Virus record (IMG/VR): IMGVR_UViG_3300047278_000016
Span: 1-53,051 of that record
Direction: 5' to 3' (one strand)
DNA length: 53,051 bases
From: a virus
Lineage: Duplodnaviria; Caudoviricetes
Shown: piece by piece, positions 1 to 10,385 of the stretch
Layout: each line of letters starts with the position of its first letter
Position numbering within the stretch: the stretch's first letter is position 1
Notes under the pieces: model-generated
The model's database searches: none
What the model was told of the DNA's origin: nothing
Seen by the model: the letters and a program-made list of their open reading frames with translations, nothing else
Position numbers and translations under genes: made by a program

Positions 1-2
1 CT

Positions 3-3000
3 CCACCCCCACCGCCTCCTCCGCCAAAGACAACGCCGGACGCAGTACGGGAAGCCCGTGTTCAGGAAGAATACGAAAGGTTAGTTGCATTAGGTACGCC
101 GCTTGATACTGCTAGGAATATGGCAGCGCGTAGAGTTGCTGCTGCTATTAAAGCTGAAAATAAAGCTGCGGCTGTTAACATACCCAAAGACCGTGTAGAG
201 CAGATTACACAAGAACTGATTGCGGCTGGTGTTCCACCACAACAGGCAAAGATTGACGCACAGCAATTAGCCCAAGAGGAGGCACAAGCAGATGAGCTTG
301 CGCAGAACGAAACAGGAGGAACAGCAAATGTTGCTGAACCTATCAGTACTCCAAGTAGAGAAGGCGTTAGCGTGGCTGGACAGCCCAGTGCAGAACCCCC
401 CACCGCAGGAGTTGGAGTCACTGAGCCAAGTGGAGTGGTTCCTACTGGACAGGATGCTGCAGGAGCTACTACTGGAGAAGGAGCACAGCAGGCTGCATTA
501 GCGGCAGAAGAAGAACTAGATAAAAAAAGCGCAGCAGAAACGCAAAGTCTTCCGTTTGAAGAATTGCGCGCCAAAACAAAAGAAGGCGCTAGTGCCCCCG
601 GTAAGATATACACAGTCACCTATGATGACACCGATGTAGACCTAGAAGGTAATGAATTATTTACAAGGGTAAGCACGCAATATAAAGTAGTGCGTATGGA
701 TGGCGGCTGGACAGTTGTGTCTAGTGTAGAAGGTAACGACCCCGTTTTACTTCCGCCTTCTAGAGCGGCGGCAAACACTGATGAACAATTGGTAGCGGAA
801 CGGAATAATAAATCATCATTTGCAAGCAACACAATAGTTACACCTGCAAAACCTGCCCCACCAAAAACAGATACCGCATCTGAAACTGCATACGCTGAGC
901 GTATCAAGGACGATCCAACAGCCCCTGCGTATAACGATACTGATGCCCGTATTAAACGTGTTGCTGACCGTTACGAACAAGCGGGTGATGCAGTTATGGC
1001 CCGTATGGTTCGCGATGTACCTGAACAACGTCGCCCTTCTTACGAAGAAACAGCGCAATTAGAAAAAGATCAGGATCAAATATTTGCGGATAAAGATAAA
1101 GAGCAAGCTTTTCAAACTAAAAAAGCTAAAGTTGAAAGTATTGCCCGTTCAAATGCAAGCACTGCGTTTGACCAAGCAGGTGACTACGCTAGCCTTCAAG
1201 AAGCAATTGATTCCTATGAGATAAACATGGGGGATACATTGGTAGAAGAAGGGTTTAAAAATGACCCTGACTATGACGACCTAGTTAGAGCGGCCAACCG
1301 CGCATTTGCAGCCGAAGTTAATAGACAAAAAGGAACTACTAGTGGCACTGAAACCTCTGAAGCCAAGCAAGCAACGCAAAAAGGACAAGCGGCATCAGGA
1401 GCCGGAACAGGTAAAGGTAAACGCGGTCGGCCACCTGTTCAGCAACGCCACGTAGTTACAGAAAATTCCGAAGGTGGGTTTGACCACGTTACAGATGGCG
1501 AAGTAACTGCAACGTACAAGAACAAGAAGCAAGCTATTGCGGCTGTTAATCTGGCGAGGTCTAAAGATAAAGGCGATGCTGCATTAATTGCTAAGAATCA
1601 AGAGAAACTTGATAAAACACTTGCGTCTACAGGCCGAGGCCGACCAACTAAAGCTCCGTCAGAGGATGGTACTACTGAAGTAGACCAAGAAGCGCGTGAA
1701 GAAATTAATAGGTTGGAATCAGCGCTTGAAACGTACAACTCAACTACGGATGACAAAGAAGCTAGAAACTCAGCACTGTACATTAGTGATGCCGCAGTTG
1801 ACCCAAATGTGCCTAAAGCTGCACGTGAACGTGCTCAGCAAATGCTTGAGGACGATATTGATCCAAAAGACATACCCAAAGGTTTGCGTTCTTCTGAAGC
1901 AAGGGTTGCCAAGCCCGACACAGGGTTTAGCGGGCTAATTAACGGCTCACAAGCAATTGCGCACATTATTAAGACTGGTAATTTATTCCAGCGGTTTGTA
2001 GCGCAACGCATCCGTAACTTTGTAATTAATGTTAAGTTTGTGGTGGTTGAGAAGGGCGATCCAATTCCGTCTCAATTAAGTGGCGCTCGTGGTTTGTTTG
2101 TTTATACACCCGGATCTAAAGAACGTACCATATACGTGCGTGGTAGTAGCTTCGGAGACCAACAAGGTATAAACGTTATAACAGTGCTACACGAATTGCT
2201 GCACGCAGCAACTGCTAGTCGTATTGACGCAGGTCTATTCAAAGGGTTTAAGAACGCTAGCTTGCAAAAGTTTATGCGCGAAATGGAAAGCCTAATGAAG
2301 CGTGCGCAAGAAGCGTACGAAGAAGGCGTGCTGTTTGGTGACCTGTCTCCAGAAGTGCAAAAAATGATTGAAGGCACTACTGACCGCGACAGAACAGGCA
2401 AAGTATCTATTGGCGTGTTTTCCGACCCCCATGAGTTCTTGGCTTACGGCATGTCTAGCCCTGAGTTTCAAAAGTTCTTAATGAGCGTGCAGGGTAAACG
2501 TGGCACAGGTTTCTCTGGGTTTGTTAGTAGCATCCGTGATCTGTTTGGGATTAAGCAAGGTGAAGCTACTGCGTTTACTGATCTGGTTGACATTACCGAC
2601 AAGATGCTCGGCACAAGGTTAACCGCAGTTGAAACAAAAGGTGGCGCACTCCCACAAAAGGGCGGCTTTACTCCTCCTGAGTTTGACGAAGACGCGGATA
2701 AGGGTGAGCAAAAAGAACTACGCACCGCCAAAGAACTTAATAAGGCTCGCGTAAAAGCTGAAATCACATATCAGCAATCTGCGGACTCTCAAAAAGTTAA
2801 GAACGCTGGAATGCTGCAAAAACTTAGAGATCCAGAGAAAGCCAAGATATTGTTCAAGGGCGCTTGGAAAAAAATGAATAGCGCCCAGCGTGCGGTGGCA
2901 GTGCGACTCCCAACTTGGGACTTTTTGGCCGACTGGGTTAAGGCCGAGTTACCTCAAGTTCAACAAGCGCTGGACTTGCACAACGACATGAAGGGTATGA

Positions 3001-5681
3001 CCAAAGCATTGCTTGAGGCCGCAGAAGAACGCATCCGTGTAACACGTAATGCTTTTAAAGCCGACAAGACTTTGGAAGAAAAGTTTCAAAAAATGGTCTA
3101 TGAGTCAACTGATGCTCAGTACGATCCGTCTGATATGACGCAAAAAGTGCGTGATAAAGTTTTTGACAATAACTACAAAGCACTTGGCGCAAAGGGGCAA
3201 GAGTTGTACAAAATGTGGCGTGATTACTACGTCGACATAGGTGACTTATTTATTGAGCTATTAGATGAGCAGGTGCGTGGTATCTCTGGTCTAACTGACG
3301 AAGTTAAGAGCAATTTAGCCGCTGTTATTCGTCAGACGTACGAGACCAAAGATCGGATCAAACCGTTCTTCCCATTTGTGCGCGATGAAGGCGACTTCTG
3401 GTTAGCTGTTGGTAAATCAACTTCCCCTACTAGAGCGTTCTATATCTACGAATCTGCAACAGATCGAGACATAGATGCGGCACGTATTGCCGGGGAGAAA
3501 AAGCAATCAATTGAAGAGATGCGCGATTCAGGAGAGATGGAGTTAGGTGACGATCTTGACTCCATGCGTAATACCGCAAGAGACTCCAGTACACTTTTAA
3601 CTTCTGTCTTTAGAGCAATTGATGCTATTAAACTACCTGCCGGAGATACAGAAGGCACAACAAACGCCTACAAAGAAAACTTAAAAGACTCTGTATATCA
3701 AGTGTTTTTGAACACAATGCCCGAGCAAAGTTTCCGCTTGATGTTCCGCCATCGCAAAGGCCGTGGTGGTTATAGAACCGACTTTATTCAAAATGCAGCT
3801 AAGACAGCCGCAAAGATGTCTGTGCAGTTGGCTCGCCTTAAGTATGCGCAAAAGATGCGTAACGTTACTTCTGCTGCAAGGGATAGCATCGTAGGTAGAG
3901 AACACTTACTACCGTATGTAAAAGAGTTGGAGCGGCGCGTAGCAACTGTGTTGTCACCAAAACCACAAGATGCTTGGGATGCGGTTGCCGGAGTAGCTAA
4001 CAGAGTTACGTACCTGTGGACACTTACTAGTGCGTCGACTGCGTTGATCCAGCCCATATCTATATATGTCTCCGCTCTGCCTATCTTGGCGGCTAATCAT
4101 GGCTTCTCGCCTATTAGAACGGCAAAAGAACTTGGAAAAATGATAACGTACTTAAATCAGTACGGTGTTGTTAAAGAGAATGTAGACGGCACGCACCGCT
4201 ACGTTGCTCCTAGTATTGCTAACGCTAAGAACTTACCCGCAGATGAGAAGCGAGCTATTGCTGCAATGACCCGCATGAATGTGGCGCAGTCTACCTACGT
4301 TGCACAGGTGTACGATTACTCTCAGACCCCCGTATCTGATTTGGATAGCATTAGAGGTAGGGGTAAAGAAGCGGCGTATCTTATTACCGGTGCATTGATG
4401 CACAACATGGAACGCTTAACCCGTGAGGTGGTGTACCTAGCTTCGTATCGTTTAGGTCGACAACGTAATCTATCCGAAGCCGACGCAATTAGACAAGCCG
4501 CTAGTGACACTCGTGAGGCGCTCGGCGACTACGAAACTACAAACAAACCACGTTGGATGCAGCGTGGTGTGGGGCGTGTTGCGTTTGCAATGAAGATGTA
4601 CCCCGTGGTTATGATTCAGCAATTGCTTGGTAACTTTTTAAAGATGATCCCGTTCTTTAACAAAGAAGGTAAAAAAGAAGCATTGGCTAAATTTATTGGT
4701 ATCTACATGACTGCTGGGTCTATAGCAGGACTAGCCGGTATCCCTGCTTACTCCATATTTATTCACGCTATTGTGGCTGGACTTAAAGATAAAGTAGATG
4801 AAGATGATCTGCCTGAAGAGCTTAAAGACATGGATCCAGAGATGTGGCTCAGAGAAGTTTACATGCCACAAAAGTTTGGTGAGTATTCAGTTGGTGGAGT
4901 ACCCCTCGACGAATGGATTATGGACGGCCCTATAAACTCTGTTACAGGTTGGAGCATATCCTCAAGGATTGGTCTTAATGATATTTGGGCAAAAGACGGT
5001 AAGTCTACTAAGAATGTTAAAGAAGCCGCAGCAGGTTTCTTGGCTGCGTATTTTGGCGGCCCCACTTTAAGCGTAGCAACTAGTATGGCTGATGCTGTTG
5101 AACAGTACATGCTTGGCGACTACGAAAAGGGCAACGAAAAAATGATGCCTAAACCAATTAGAGACTTTTTACTTGCGCAAAAATACGACATTGAAGGTAT
5201 TAAGTCGGCAACCGGTGCTGAGTTAGTTGCCCCTGAAAACGTTAAAACGTCTGAAAAAGTTGGCCAAATAATTGGTTTTGCCCCCGCACTTACCGCAAGT
5301 GTAAAAGAAGCTGGTTTTAAAATGCTTTCTAAAGAACAAGACATTTTAAACGAACGCAACAAAATACTGCGCAAGTTGGATATTCAGAATCGCAAAGACA
5401 CTGAAGAAGGCGACGACAAGTTTGACAAAATTATGGACAAGGATGTTGAAGAATTTAACAATCGCTACCCTGATTATTTGCTGAAGATGAAAGACATTAG
5501 AAAGTCCTTGAAGACAAAAGAAGATCAACGCCAAAAAGCACCAGCCGGTGTAACCACGACTAAGAAGTTCTACAACATAGGCGACGAGGCTATTAGCAAC
5601 CTTGAAAAGAAACTTGAGCGCAGAGAAAAAGAAATGGAAGAACGGCGCAAAATTGATCTTAAAGGGTTGGCTACTAAATAA
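3..5681 (+). CDS. Giant virion/DNA-ejection (large polyvalent-type) protein, 5'-truncated; zincin metallopeptidase motif and two AT-hook-like motifs
   Basis: Frame is open from nt 3 (PPPPPPPPKTTPDAVREARV...) upstream of the ORF-track Met at 120. Contains VLHELLHAAT (HExxH) with downstream HEFLAY, and KRGRPP/GRGRPTK. Last gene of the + strand arm before a convergent terminator. Confidence 0.7.
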   Translation, partial: PPPPPPPPKTTPDAVREARVQEEYERLVALGTPLDTARNMAARRVAAAIKAENKAAAVNIPKDRVEQITQELIAAGVPPQQAKIDAQQLAQEEAQADELAQNETGGTANVAEPISTPSREGVSVAGQPSAEPPTAGVGVTEPSGVVPTGQDAAGATTGEGAQQAALAAEEELDKKSAAETQSLPFEELRAKTKEGASAPGKIYTVTYDDTDVDLEGNELFTRVSTQYKVVRMDGGWTVVSSVEGNDPVLLPPSRAAANTDEQLVAERNNKSSFASNTIVTPAKPAPPKTDTASETAYAERIKDDPTAPAYNDTDARIKRVADRYEQAGDAVMARMVRDVPEQRRPSYEETAQLEKDQDQIFADKDKEQAFQTKKAKVESIARSNASTAFDQAGDYASLQEAIDSYEINMGDTLVEEGFKNDPDYDDLVRAANRAFAAEVNRQKGTTSGTETSEAKQATQKGQAASGAGTGKGKRGRPPVQQRHVVTENSEGGFDHVTDGEVTATYKNKKQAIAAVNLARSKDKGDAALIAKNQEKLDKTLASTGRGRPTKAPSEDGTTEVDQEAREEINRLESALETYNSTTDDKEARNSALYISDAAVDPNVPKAARERAQQMLEDDIDPKDIPKGLRSSEARVAKPDTGFSGLINGSQAIAHIIKTGNLFQRFVAQRIRNFVINVKFVVVEKGDPIPSQLSGARGLFVYTPGSKERTIYVRGSSFGDQQGINVITVLHELLHAATASRIDAGLFKGFKNASLQKFMREMESLMKRAQEAYEEGVLFGDLSPEVQKMIEGTTDRDRTGKVSIGVFSDPHEFLAYGMSSPEFQKFLMSVQGKRGTGFSGFVSSIRDLFGIKQGEATAFTDLVDITDKMLGTRLTAVETKGGALPQKGGFTPPEFDEDADKGEQKELRTAKELNKARVKAEITYQQSADSQKVKNAGMLQKLRDPEKAKILFKGAWKKMNSAQRAVAVRLPTWDFLADWVKAELPQVQQALDLHNDMKGMTKALLEAAEERIRVTRNAFKADKTLEEKFQKMVYESTDAQYDPSDMTQKVRDKVFDNNYKALGAKGQELYKMWRDYYVDIGDLFIELLDEQVRGISGLTDEVKSNLAAVIRQTYETKDRIKPFFPFVRDEGDFWLAVGKSTSPTRAFYIYESATDRDIDAARIAGEKKQSIEEMRDSGEMELGDDLDSMRNTARDSSTLLTSVFRAIDAIKLPAGDTEGTTNAYKENLKDSVYQVFLNTMPEQSFRLMFRHRKGRGGYRTDFIQNAAKTAAKMSVQLARLKYAQKMRNVTSAARDSIVGREHLLPYVKELERRVATVLSPKPQDAWDAVAGVANRVTYLWTLTSASTALIQPISIYVSALPILAANHGFSPIRTAKELGKMITYLNQYGVVKENVDGTHRYVAPSIANAKNLPADEKRAIAAMTRMNVAQSTYVAQVYDYSQTPVSDLDSIRGRGKEAAYLITGALMHNMERLTREVVYLASYRLGRQRNLSEADAIRQAASDTREALGDYETTNKPRWMQRGVGRVAFAMKMYPVVMIQQLLGNFLKMIPFFNKEGKKEALAKFIGIYMTAGSIAGLAGIPAYSIFIHAIVAGLKDKVDEDDLPEELKDMDPEMWLREVYMPQKFGEYSVGGVPLDEWIMDGPINSVTGWSISSRIGLNDIWAKDGKSTKNVKEAAAGFLAAYFGGPTLSVATSMADAVEQYMLGDYEKGNEKMMPKPIRDFLLAQKYDIEGIKSATGAELVAPENVKTSEKVGQIIGFAPALTASVKEAGFKMLSKEQDILNERNKILRKLDIQNRKDTEEGDDKFDKIMDKDVEEFNNRYPDYLLKMKDIRKSLKTKEDQRQKAPAGVTTTKKFYNIGDEAISNLEKKLERREKEMEERRKIDLKGLATK

Positions 5682-5708
5682 AAAAACCCCCGATGATTAG
5701 TCGGGGGT
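5680..5708 (-). terminator. Intrinsic terminator between convergent arms
   Basis: ACCCCCGA-tgattag-TCGGGGGT hairpin with A7 on the left, giving a U-tract on the minus strand. Confidence 0.85.
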
Positions 5709-5763
5709 AAAGGAGAGTAGCAATCAACTCAGGAAAAAAATGTCAGCAACTGCAGTGGCGAAC
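5680..5763 (-). ncRNA. Candidate small RNA with anti-Shine-Dalgarno segments
   Basis: Own sigma70-like promoter (5770-5798) and terminator; body contains CUCUCCUUU and the complement of AGGAAAAAAATGTCAGCAACTGCA. Confidence 0.45.
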
Positions 5764-5769
5764 AAAATT

Positions 5770-5798
5770 AGTGTAGCTTAAACTCGCCACACGCGCAA
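5770..5798 (-). promoter_or_regulatory. sigma70-like promoter TTGCGC-17-TACACT
   Basis: Minus strand: TTGCGC gtgtggcgagtttaagc TACACT. Confidence 0.5.
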
Positions 5799-5972
5799 AC
5801 CTTTGATGCCTTCTTCTATAACTACTTTCGTAACCACAGGCATCTTTAACCGCCTACAGATTGTTGTGATTACCCCCCGGGCGGCTTTCTCGTCAATGCA
5901 GGGTACAAAGAAAGAATAACCGCGCCGGAATTTAGACCAGTCAATCTGATACGTCACCGTCTCGATTTTCAT
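5778..5972 (-). CDS. Small hypothetical protein
   Basis: 64-aa ORF overlapping the end of the primase-helicase; ends GLRVWRV. Confidence 0.65.
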   Translation of the reverse strand: MKIETVTYQIDWSKFRRGYSFFVPCIDEKAARGVITTICRRLKMPVVTKVVIEEGIKGLRVWRV

Positions 5973-8793
5973 CTGTAGCTACAAGGGCGTCCATCTGTAA
6001 GAACTCGGTGGCTGATGCGTCAAACTTCAACACCCGAACTGCGGGGGATACAACCTTCATGCCCTTGGACATTCGCTTGTTCACACCCTCTAAGTAAATC
6101 TTGGCGTTACCCAACTCTTTCAAGGTGGTCTTGTAATTAATTTGCTGTTTTACGCAGAAATCTTTAAATTGCTTGGCCGCGATGAAGAGTTCTTTGGTAT
6201 CTGGCTCGTAGCGTATAAGCAGCTCTCCACGGGGCTCAAGCATGGGCATAGACTGCAGGTTACTACGAGCATCAACTTCACCGTTTACAACTAAAGCATT
6301 AATAATGTGAGCGTTAACAAACTCACCAAGGATTGTTACGGGTGTTGAGTTTGGTGCTTGAATCTCAAACCGCATCTCGCCGAGCATACCCTTGAGCCAG
6401 TCGTACACCGCCTTCATGTCGTAGTTGTGCAGTTCCAGTTGAGACGCAATCAAACCACCAGCTATGTTGCAAGCTGACACACCTGACCAGAAACGCTCCT
6501 TCTGATTAAACTGTACTTCCCTATCAAGTCGAGCCTGAATCTTACGCACCAAAGCTATTGCTTCTTCCAAGTTATTGACAAGCCACTGGATGTAGATTTC
6601 GCCCGCATGCCCAAAGTTTTCCCGAAGCTGATGGTCAAACATCTGCTTACCCTCTTGCACTTCAATAATGCCGTTGGGTTCAATCTTGTACTCAAGTAGA
6701 CGCATGGACTCACCATCGGGCGTATTCTTAGCCACGCCTAACTTCTCGTAGAAACTGGCATTTGCCGAACACAAAGTCATACCTTGCCAGCTAGTGTTGT
6801 TAACACGCAACGTGTTGGTCTGCCCGTTCATTTTGTTTTTGCCTCGGCCTTGGCTGATGCTGTACGCCAAGTCAGAAAACTCCATACCACTAAGGTTGGT
6901 AATCTCGTCAATGGTATTGGGCAGGTTGTTCATTACGCCAAGCTGGTGCATCTTTGCGTTGAATGTGTCCTTGTACATAGAGGTCAACCCCTTGGGTTCA
7001 CCATACACACTGTTGCACATAAACAACGCTGTCGATTTACCTGAACCAGACTCAGGGTGAATCACGTTAATAATTGCGCCCTCAAGACCTGTAAATTTCA
7101 ACAGTGGTGAGCCAAATGCCGTGAGTGCGGCAAATGCGTGGGGTTCAAGCCCCGGCCTAGCGTACATGTTGAACGCTTCTTTCCACTTCTCCATCGTGCC
7201 TTTAGCGATTAGCTTTCCGGCAATATCTTTTGTAACGCTTGACGGCGGGCTGTAAAACACTCCGTCTTTTGTAATCTCTCTATCGCCAAGGATGAACTTG
7301 CTGTTCCCCTCGACCCAACCAAACTGAGTTCTCATGGTCTCTGCCTTTTTAATGTATTGCAAATTTTTAATGAAGAAAACAACATACCTTGCAAGCAATT
7401 CGTACTGTGATTTATGGGCTACAACTCCGTTGTGTGCTAACTGTTTGCGCAACTCATCAGGTGAAGAGATACCCATCGTAGGGATGCTGAACTCTCGGAC
7501 ACCGTCATGCGGTAGGTGCAAACGAAACAAAGCTATCTCTCCAAGCTCAGGGTCACGCATGCGTTTGACCACGTACAAGTCATGCTCGTACACAAGTTTA
7601 GGCTCGGCTTCGTCATCTTCGCTCTCGGGGCGAATGTAGACACCACCCTTTTTCCCACGGAAGAACGGAAATGGGTACTCTGGTATGTGCTGTATCTCAA
7701 CCTCACCGTCTTTATCTTCAACGGCGTATTCGTTATCTTCTGCTTCGGCTTGTTCAATCTCAACACCGAGCATGATGGGCGATTTAATTTTGCCTCTATG
7801 GATGCAACCCTCACAACCTTGCGGATTGAGTTTTGCAAATGTCGCGCAGTGATGTGGGCCACCTTTGCTACGTAGGTTGTTAACTTTATTGTCAACTTCT
7901 ACGGCATCGTAACCCTCATGTTTGTTCGACAGTTTATGTGCGGCCTTATCTCCATCTACGCAGAAAGCTGCAATAGAAAGAGCGGAGCGCCATAATGGTT
8001 CTTCAATATCGTTTTGGTTTTCAAAGCAGTGGTTAAGTTGGGCGCACCCACCTTCACCCTTCATCATGATCGTCTTAAACCGCTTGACCTTGTTACCCAT
8101 GAGCGCTTCCATCATCGGGCTCAATGAGCGCGGGATGAAGTCAGGTACGTCGTCCTTTGGTTCAGGCGCACCAAGCAAGTCTTTGACTTCCTTGTATGTC
8201 ATGCGAGGCGTCAGTTCGTTTAGTACTGTTACCTCTTTGGGCTCTTCCTGTTTGAAGTTGAATGTGCCGGGGATGCGCAGGATACGTGAAGCCTCAAAAA
8301 CTGAGGAGTCCACAATTAACCCTTGCTCAACGCACAACTCACGAAGCCGATTGGCTAGTGGCTCCCACTCTCGGCGAGACACTGTTTCTTCTAGTAGCCA
8401 GTACGCATGTATGCCGTAACCAGAACTTACTAGTATTGGCCTTGGTAAGCCGACTGCAATGCAGAACTTCTTGAACTCATCGAGTCCGGTCTGCTGATCG
8501 AGATAGCCTTTGATAATGCCTTTTTTGTCGGGTACACCTTTGGTTGGGCCACAGTCAATGTCCATCCACAGAGCACGGAAGTATTTTGCATTTTCATGAG
8601 TGCGGTTGTTTAACGAACCAAACTTGGCGCATCCAAAGAATACGTCAATCTTACGTTTAACAAACTGCTGCGCTAGCTCTTCAACCTCTTCCTTAGTATC
8701 TACAAATTGCTGGTCAGGATACTTACCAATCCCCATCACACAGTAGCGCCCTTCCGGTGGCAGTACCGTATCGAGTAGATCGAAAGATGACAT
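5941..8793 (-). CDS. Primase-helicase (N-terminal primase-like domain; DUF927-type helicase region)
   Basis: 950 aa; WMDID, SSGYGIHAYW and RILRIPGT primase-like motifs; Cys cluster; Walker A PESGSGKS; IDE Walker B. Confidence 0.8.
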   Translation of the reverse strand: MSSFDLLDTVLPPEGRYCVMGIGKYPDQQFVDTKEEVEELAQQFVKRKIDVFFGCAKFGSLNNRTHENAKYFRALWMDIDCGPTKGVPDKKGIIKGYLDQQTGLDEFKKFCIAVGLPRPILVSSGYGIHAYWLLEETVSRREWEPLANRLRELCVEQGLIVDSSVFEASRILRIPGTFNFKQEEPKEVTVLNELTPRMTYKEVKDLLGAPEPKDDVPDFIPRSLSPMMEALMGNKVKRFKTIMMKGEGGCAQLNHCFENQNDIEEPLWRSALSIAAFCVDGDKAAHKLSNKHEGYDAVEVDNKVNNLRSKGGPHHCATFAKLNPQGCEGCIHRGKIKSPIMLGVEIEQAEAEDNEYAVEDKDGEVEIQHIPEYPFPFFRGKKGGVYIRPESEDDEAEPKLVYEHDLYVVKRMRDPELGEIALFRLHLPHDGVREFSIPTMGISSPDELRKQLAHNGVVAHKSQYELLARYVVFFIKNLQYIKKAETMRTQFGWVEGNSKFILGDREITKDGVFYSPPSSVTKDIAGKLIAKGTMEKWKEAFNMYARPGLEPHAFAALTAFGSPLLKFTGLEGAIINVIHPESGSGKSTALFMCNSVYGEPKGLTSMYKDTFNAKMHQLGVMNNLPNTIDEITNLSGMEFSDLAYSISQGRGKNKMNGQTNTLRVNNTSWQGMTLCSANASFYEKLGVAKNTPDGESMRLLEYKIEPNGIIEVQEGKQMFDHQLRENFGHAGEIYIQWLVNNLEEAIALVRKIQARLDREVQFNQKERFWSGVSACNIAGGLIASQLELHNYDMKAVYDWLKGMLGEMRFEIQAPNSTPVTILGEFVNAHIINALVVNGEVDARSNLQSMPMLEPRGELLIRYEPDTKELFIAAKQFKDFCVKQQINYKTTLKELGNAKIYLEGVNKRMSKGMKVVSPAVRVLKFDASATEFLQMDALVATDENRDGDVSD

Positions 8794-8796
8794 GTT

Positions 8797-9045
8797 TTAC
8801 TTTATTTGGATGGTGGCTTGGGTGTGGTTTATGTAATCGCTAATGGCTTCATCGTAGCTATGGTAGGGGACAGAATCCCCCTTAAACCAATTGTAGATAG
8901 TCATCCGAGTCACCCCGAAGAACCCTGCAACCTCGCTAACGCTGATGTTTGCGCGGATACAAACACGACCCAAGGCCACACCCAAAGACTTGATGCTTGC
9001 TTTTCTATTTGCGTACACCAAGCTTTGGCTGTAACCATAGGGCAT
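8797..9045 (-). CDS. HTH (Cro/XRE-like) DNA-binding protein
   Basis: ISVSEVAGFFGVTRMTIYNWFKG helix-turn-helix; start moved to MPYGY. Confidence 0.75.
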   Translation of the reverse strand: MPYGYSQSLVYANRKASIKSLGVALGRVCIRANISVSEVAGFFGVTRMTIYNWFKGDSVPYHSYDEAISDYINHTQATIQIK

Positions 9046-9046
9046 A

Positions 9047-9937
9047 TTAATCCTCGTCACTCCAAGCCTTCACCACAGAGTCAAGGTCTTTCTTAACTGT
9101 GGGTTTAGGGTCAGCTTTCTTTTCACGCTTAGTGGGTTCCTCAATAGGAGACTCAACTTTAGGCGCGGCGGCTTTAGGCGCAGGTGCTTCTAACTTAGCT
9201 TGCTTACCCGCCATGTCAGCTTGGTATGGTGTCATAACTACCATCTTCAGCACGTCAGGCTTCTTAGCTACTTCGCTAGTCACAGCGTACTGCGCTTTGT
9301 TAATGTAGCCAGTCGGCGTAAACAACACAGATTGATTGTCGTTCTCTTCGTTGAAGCTGATCTGCGTAACAACGTAGTCCAAGCTCTTGCCGTTATTGGA
9401 CAAGTACTTAGAGTAGTTTTCAAAGGTGTGGGTATTGTCACCAGCACCGTCACCGAACAATGACTTAGAAGCCAAGTTCATTTGATAGACTTCGCCTTCA
9501 AGTGAAGTACCAAAATCTTCTTCTAACACGAGCGCAATGCGACGTGAATAGCGGCAAGCCTTTGAGTTGCCCATACCTGAACCCTTGGTGTTTTGGGTGC
9601 AGTTATCGCAACGCTCAGCTTGTTTGTTTGTCGCACCATCATCAGGCGTGCGACCATCATTAGAGAAGCAGTCGGGCGCAGTCGGCTCAGCATCGGGACT
9701 CCATGCTTTTGCATAGAAGATACGACCCACAGCAGGGGACGCATTAACGATGATGGCGTTCAGGTTGCCCTTGATCTTGCCCATCTCTTCACCACCGACC
9801 GTTTTACGGAAGATTCCGTTTTTAGGCACGATGCGCTTAACGCCAGATTTACCGGCTAATTGTTTTGTGAGCTCGCTAACACCTGCGCTTTGCAGAAAGT
9901 CGGGGAGGTCTTGGTTGAGAATAGTAAGATTACTCAT
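9047..9937 (-). CDS. Putative single-stranded DNA-binding protein
   Basis: Position in replication module, Cys motif, flexible linker and acidic/aromatic C-terminus (AWSDED); start at MSNLTIL after AAGGA. Confidence 0.55.
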   Translation of the reverse strand: MSNLTILNQDLPDFLQSAGVSELTKQLAGKSGVKRIVPKNGIFRKTVGGEEMGKIKGNLNAIIVNASPAVGRIFYAKAWSPDAEPTAPDCFSNDGRTPDDGATNKQAERCDNCTQNTKGSGMGNSKACRYSRRIALVLEEDFGTSLEGEVYQMNLASKSLFGDGAGDNTHTFENYSKYLSNNGKSLDYVVTQISFNEENDNQSVLFTPTGYINKAQYAVTSEVAKKPDVLKMVVMTPYQADMAGKQAKLEAPAPKAAAPKVESPIEEPTKREKKADPKPTVKKDLDSVVKAWSDED

Positions 9938-9938
9938 T

Positions 9939-10364
9939 TCATTTTTCCTTAGAACGTCTAACAACCACGGTATAAGCATTTTCCACATTGAGGCCAAGTG
10001 GAAGAACTGTGGGATTCTCAGATAAAAACTCCTTCATGTTTGTTTGATGAAGTCTCTTCTCTAACAGGCCAAATGCACCATGCTCCTCTATGAAGTCGTA
10101 CATTGAATCCCAATCATTCGTCCAGTACCGTGACTTTACCGAGCGAATAATTGTGCCGTGTGGGGTGCGAATGCTATCGGCATTCATGTCTTTGCATACA
10201 TCGAGCATCTGTGCTTCTAACACTTCCATCTGCTCTTTGAGATCGTTGTCTTCAGCTTCAAACATGCGCTTGTTGTCGGCACGTTTGTCTCTGATCTTGA
10301 TATAGATTGTGGTCAGCTTGTCCAAATCTAAGGGGGTGACTCTATCCTTGACTTCTTCGTCCAT
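9939..10364 (-). CDS. Hypothetical replication-module protein (coiled-coil N-terminus)
   Basis: 141-aa ORF with AGGAG RBS, co-oriented with neighbours. Confidence 0.7.
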   Translation of the reverse strand: MDEEVKDRVTPLDLDKLTTIYIKIRDKRADNKRMFEAEDNDLKEQMEVLEAQMLDVCKDMNADSIRTPHGTIIRSVKSRYWTNDWDSMYDFIEEHGAFGLLEKRLHQTNMKEFLSENPTVLPLGLNVENAYTVVVRRSKEK

Positions 10365-10385
10365 CTAATTCTCCTAATGGTTGGG

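Noticed and set aside
62-5534. Many antisense and alternate-frame ORFs in the ORF track (e.g. 62-619, and elsewhere 18587-19246, 48936-49550)
   Set aside because: They shadow long genes with clear motifs on the other strand and lack RBS or recognisable motifs.
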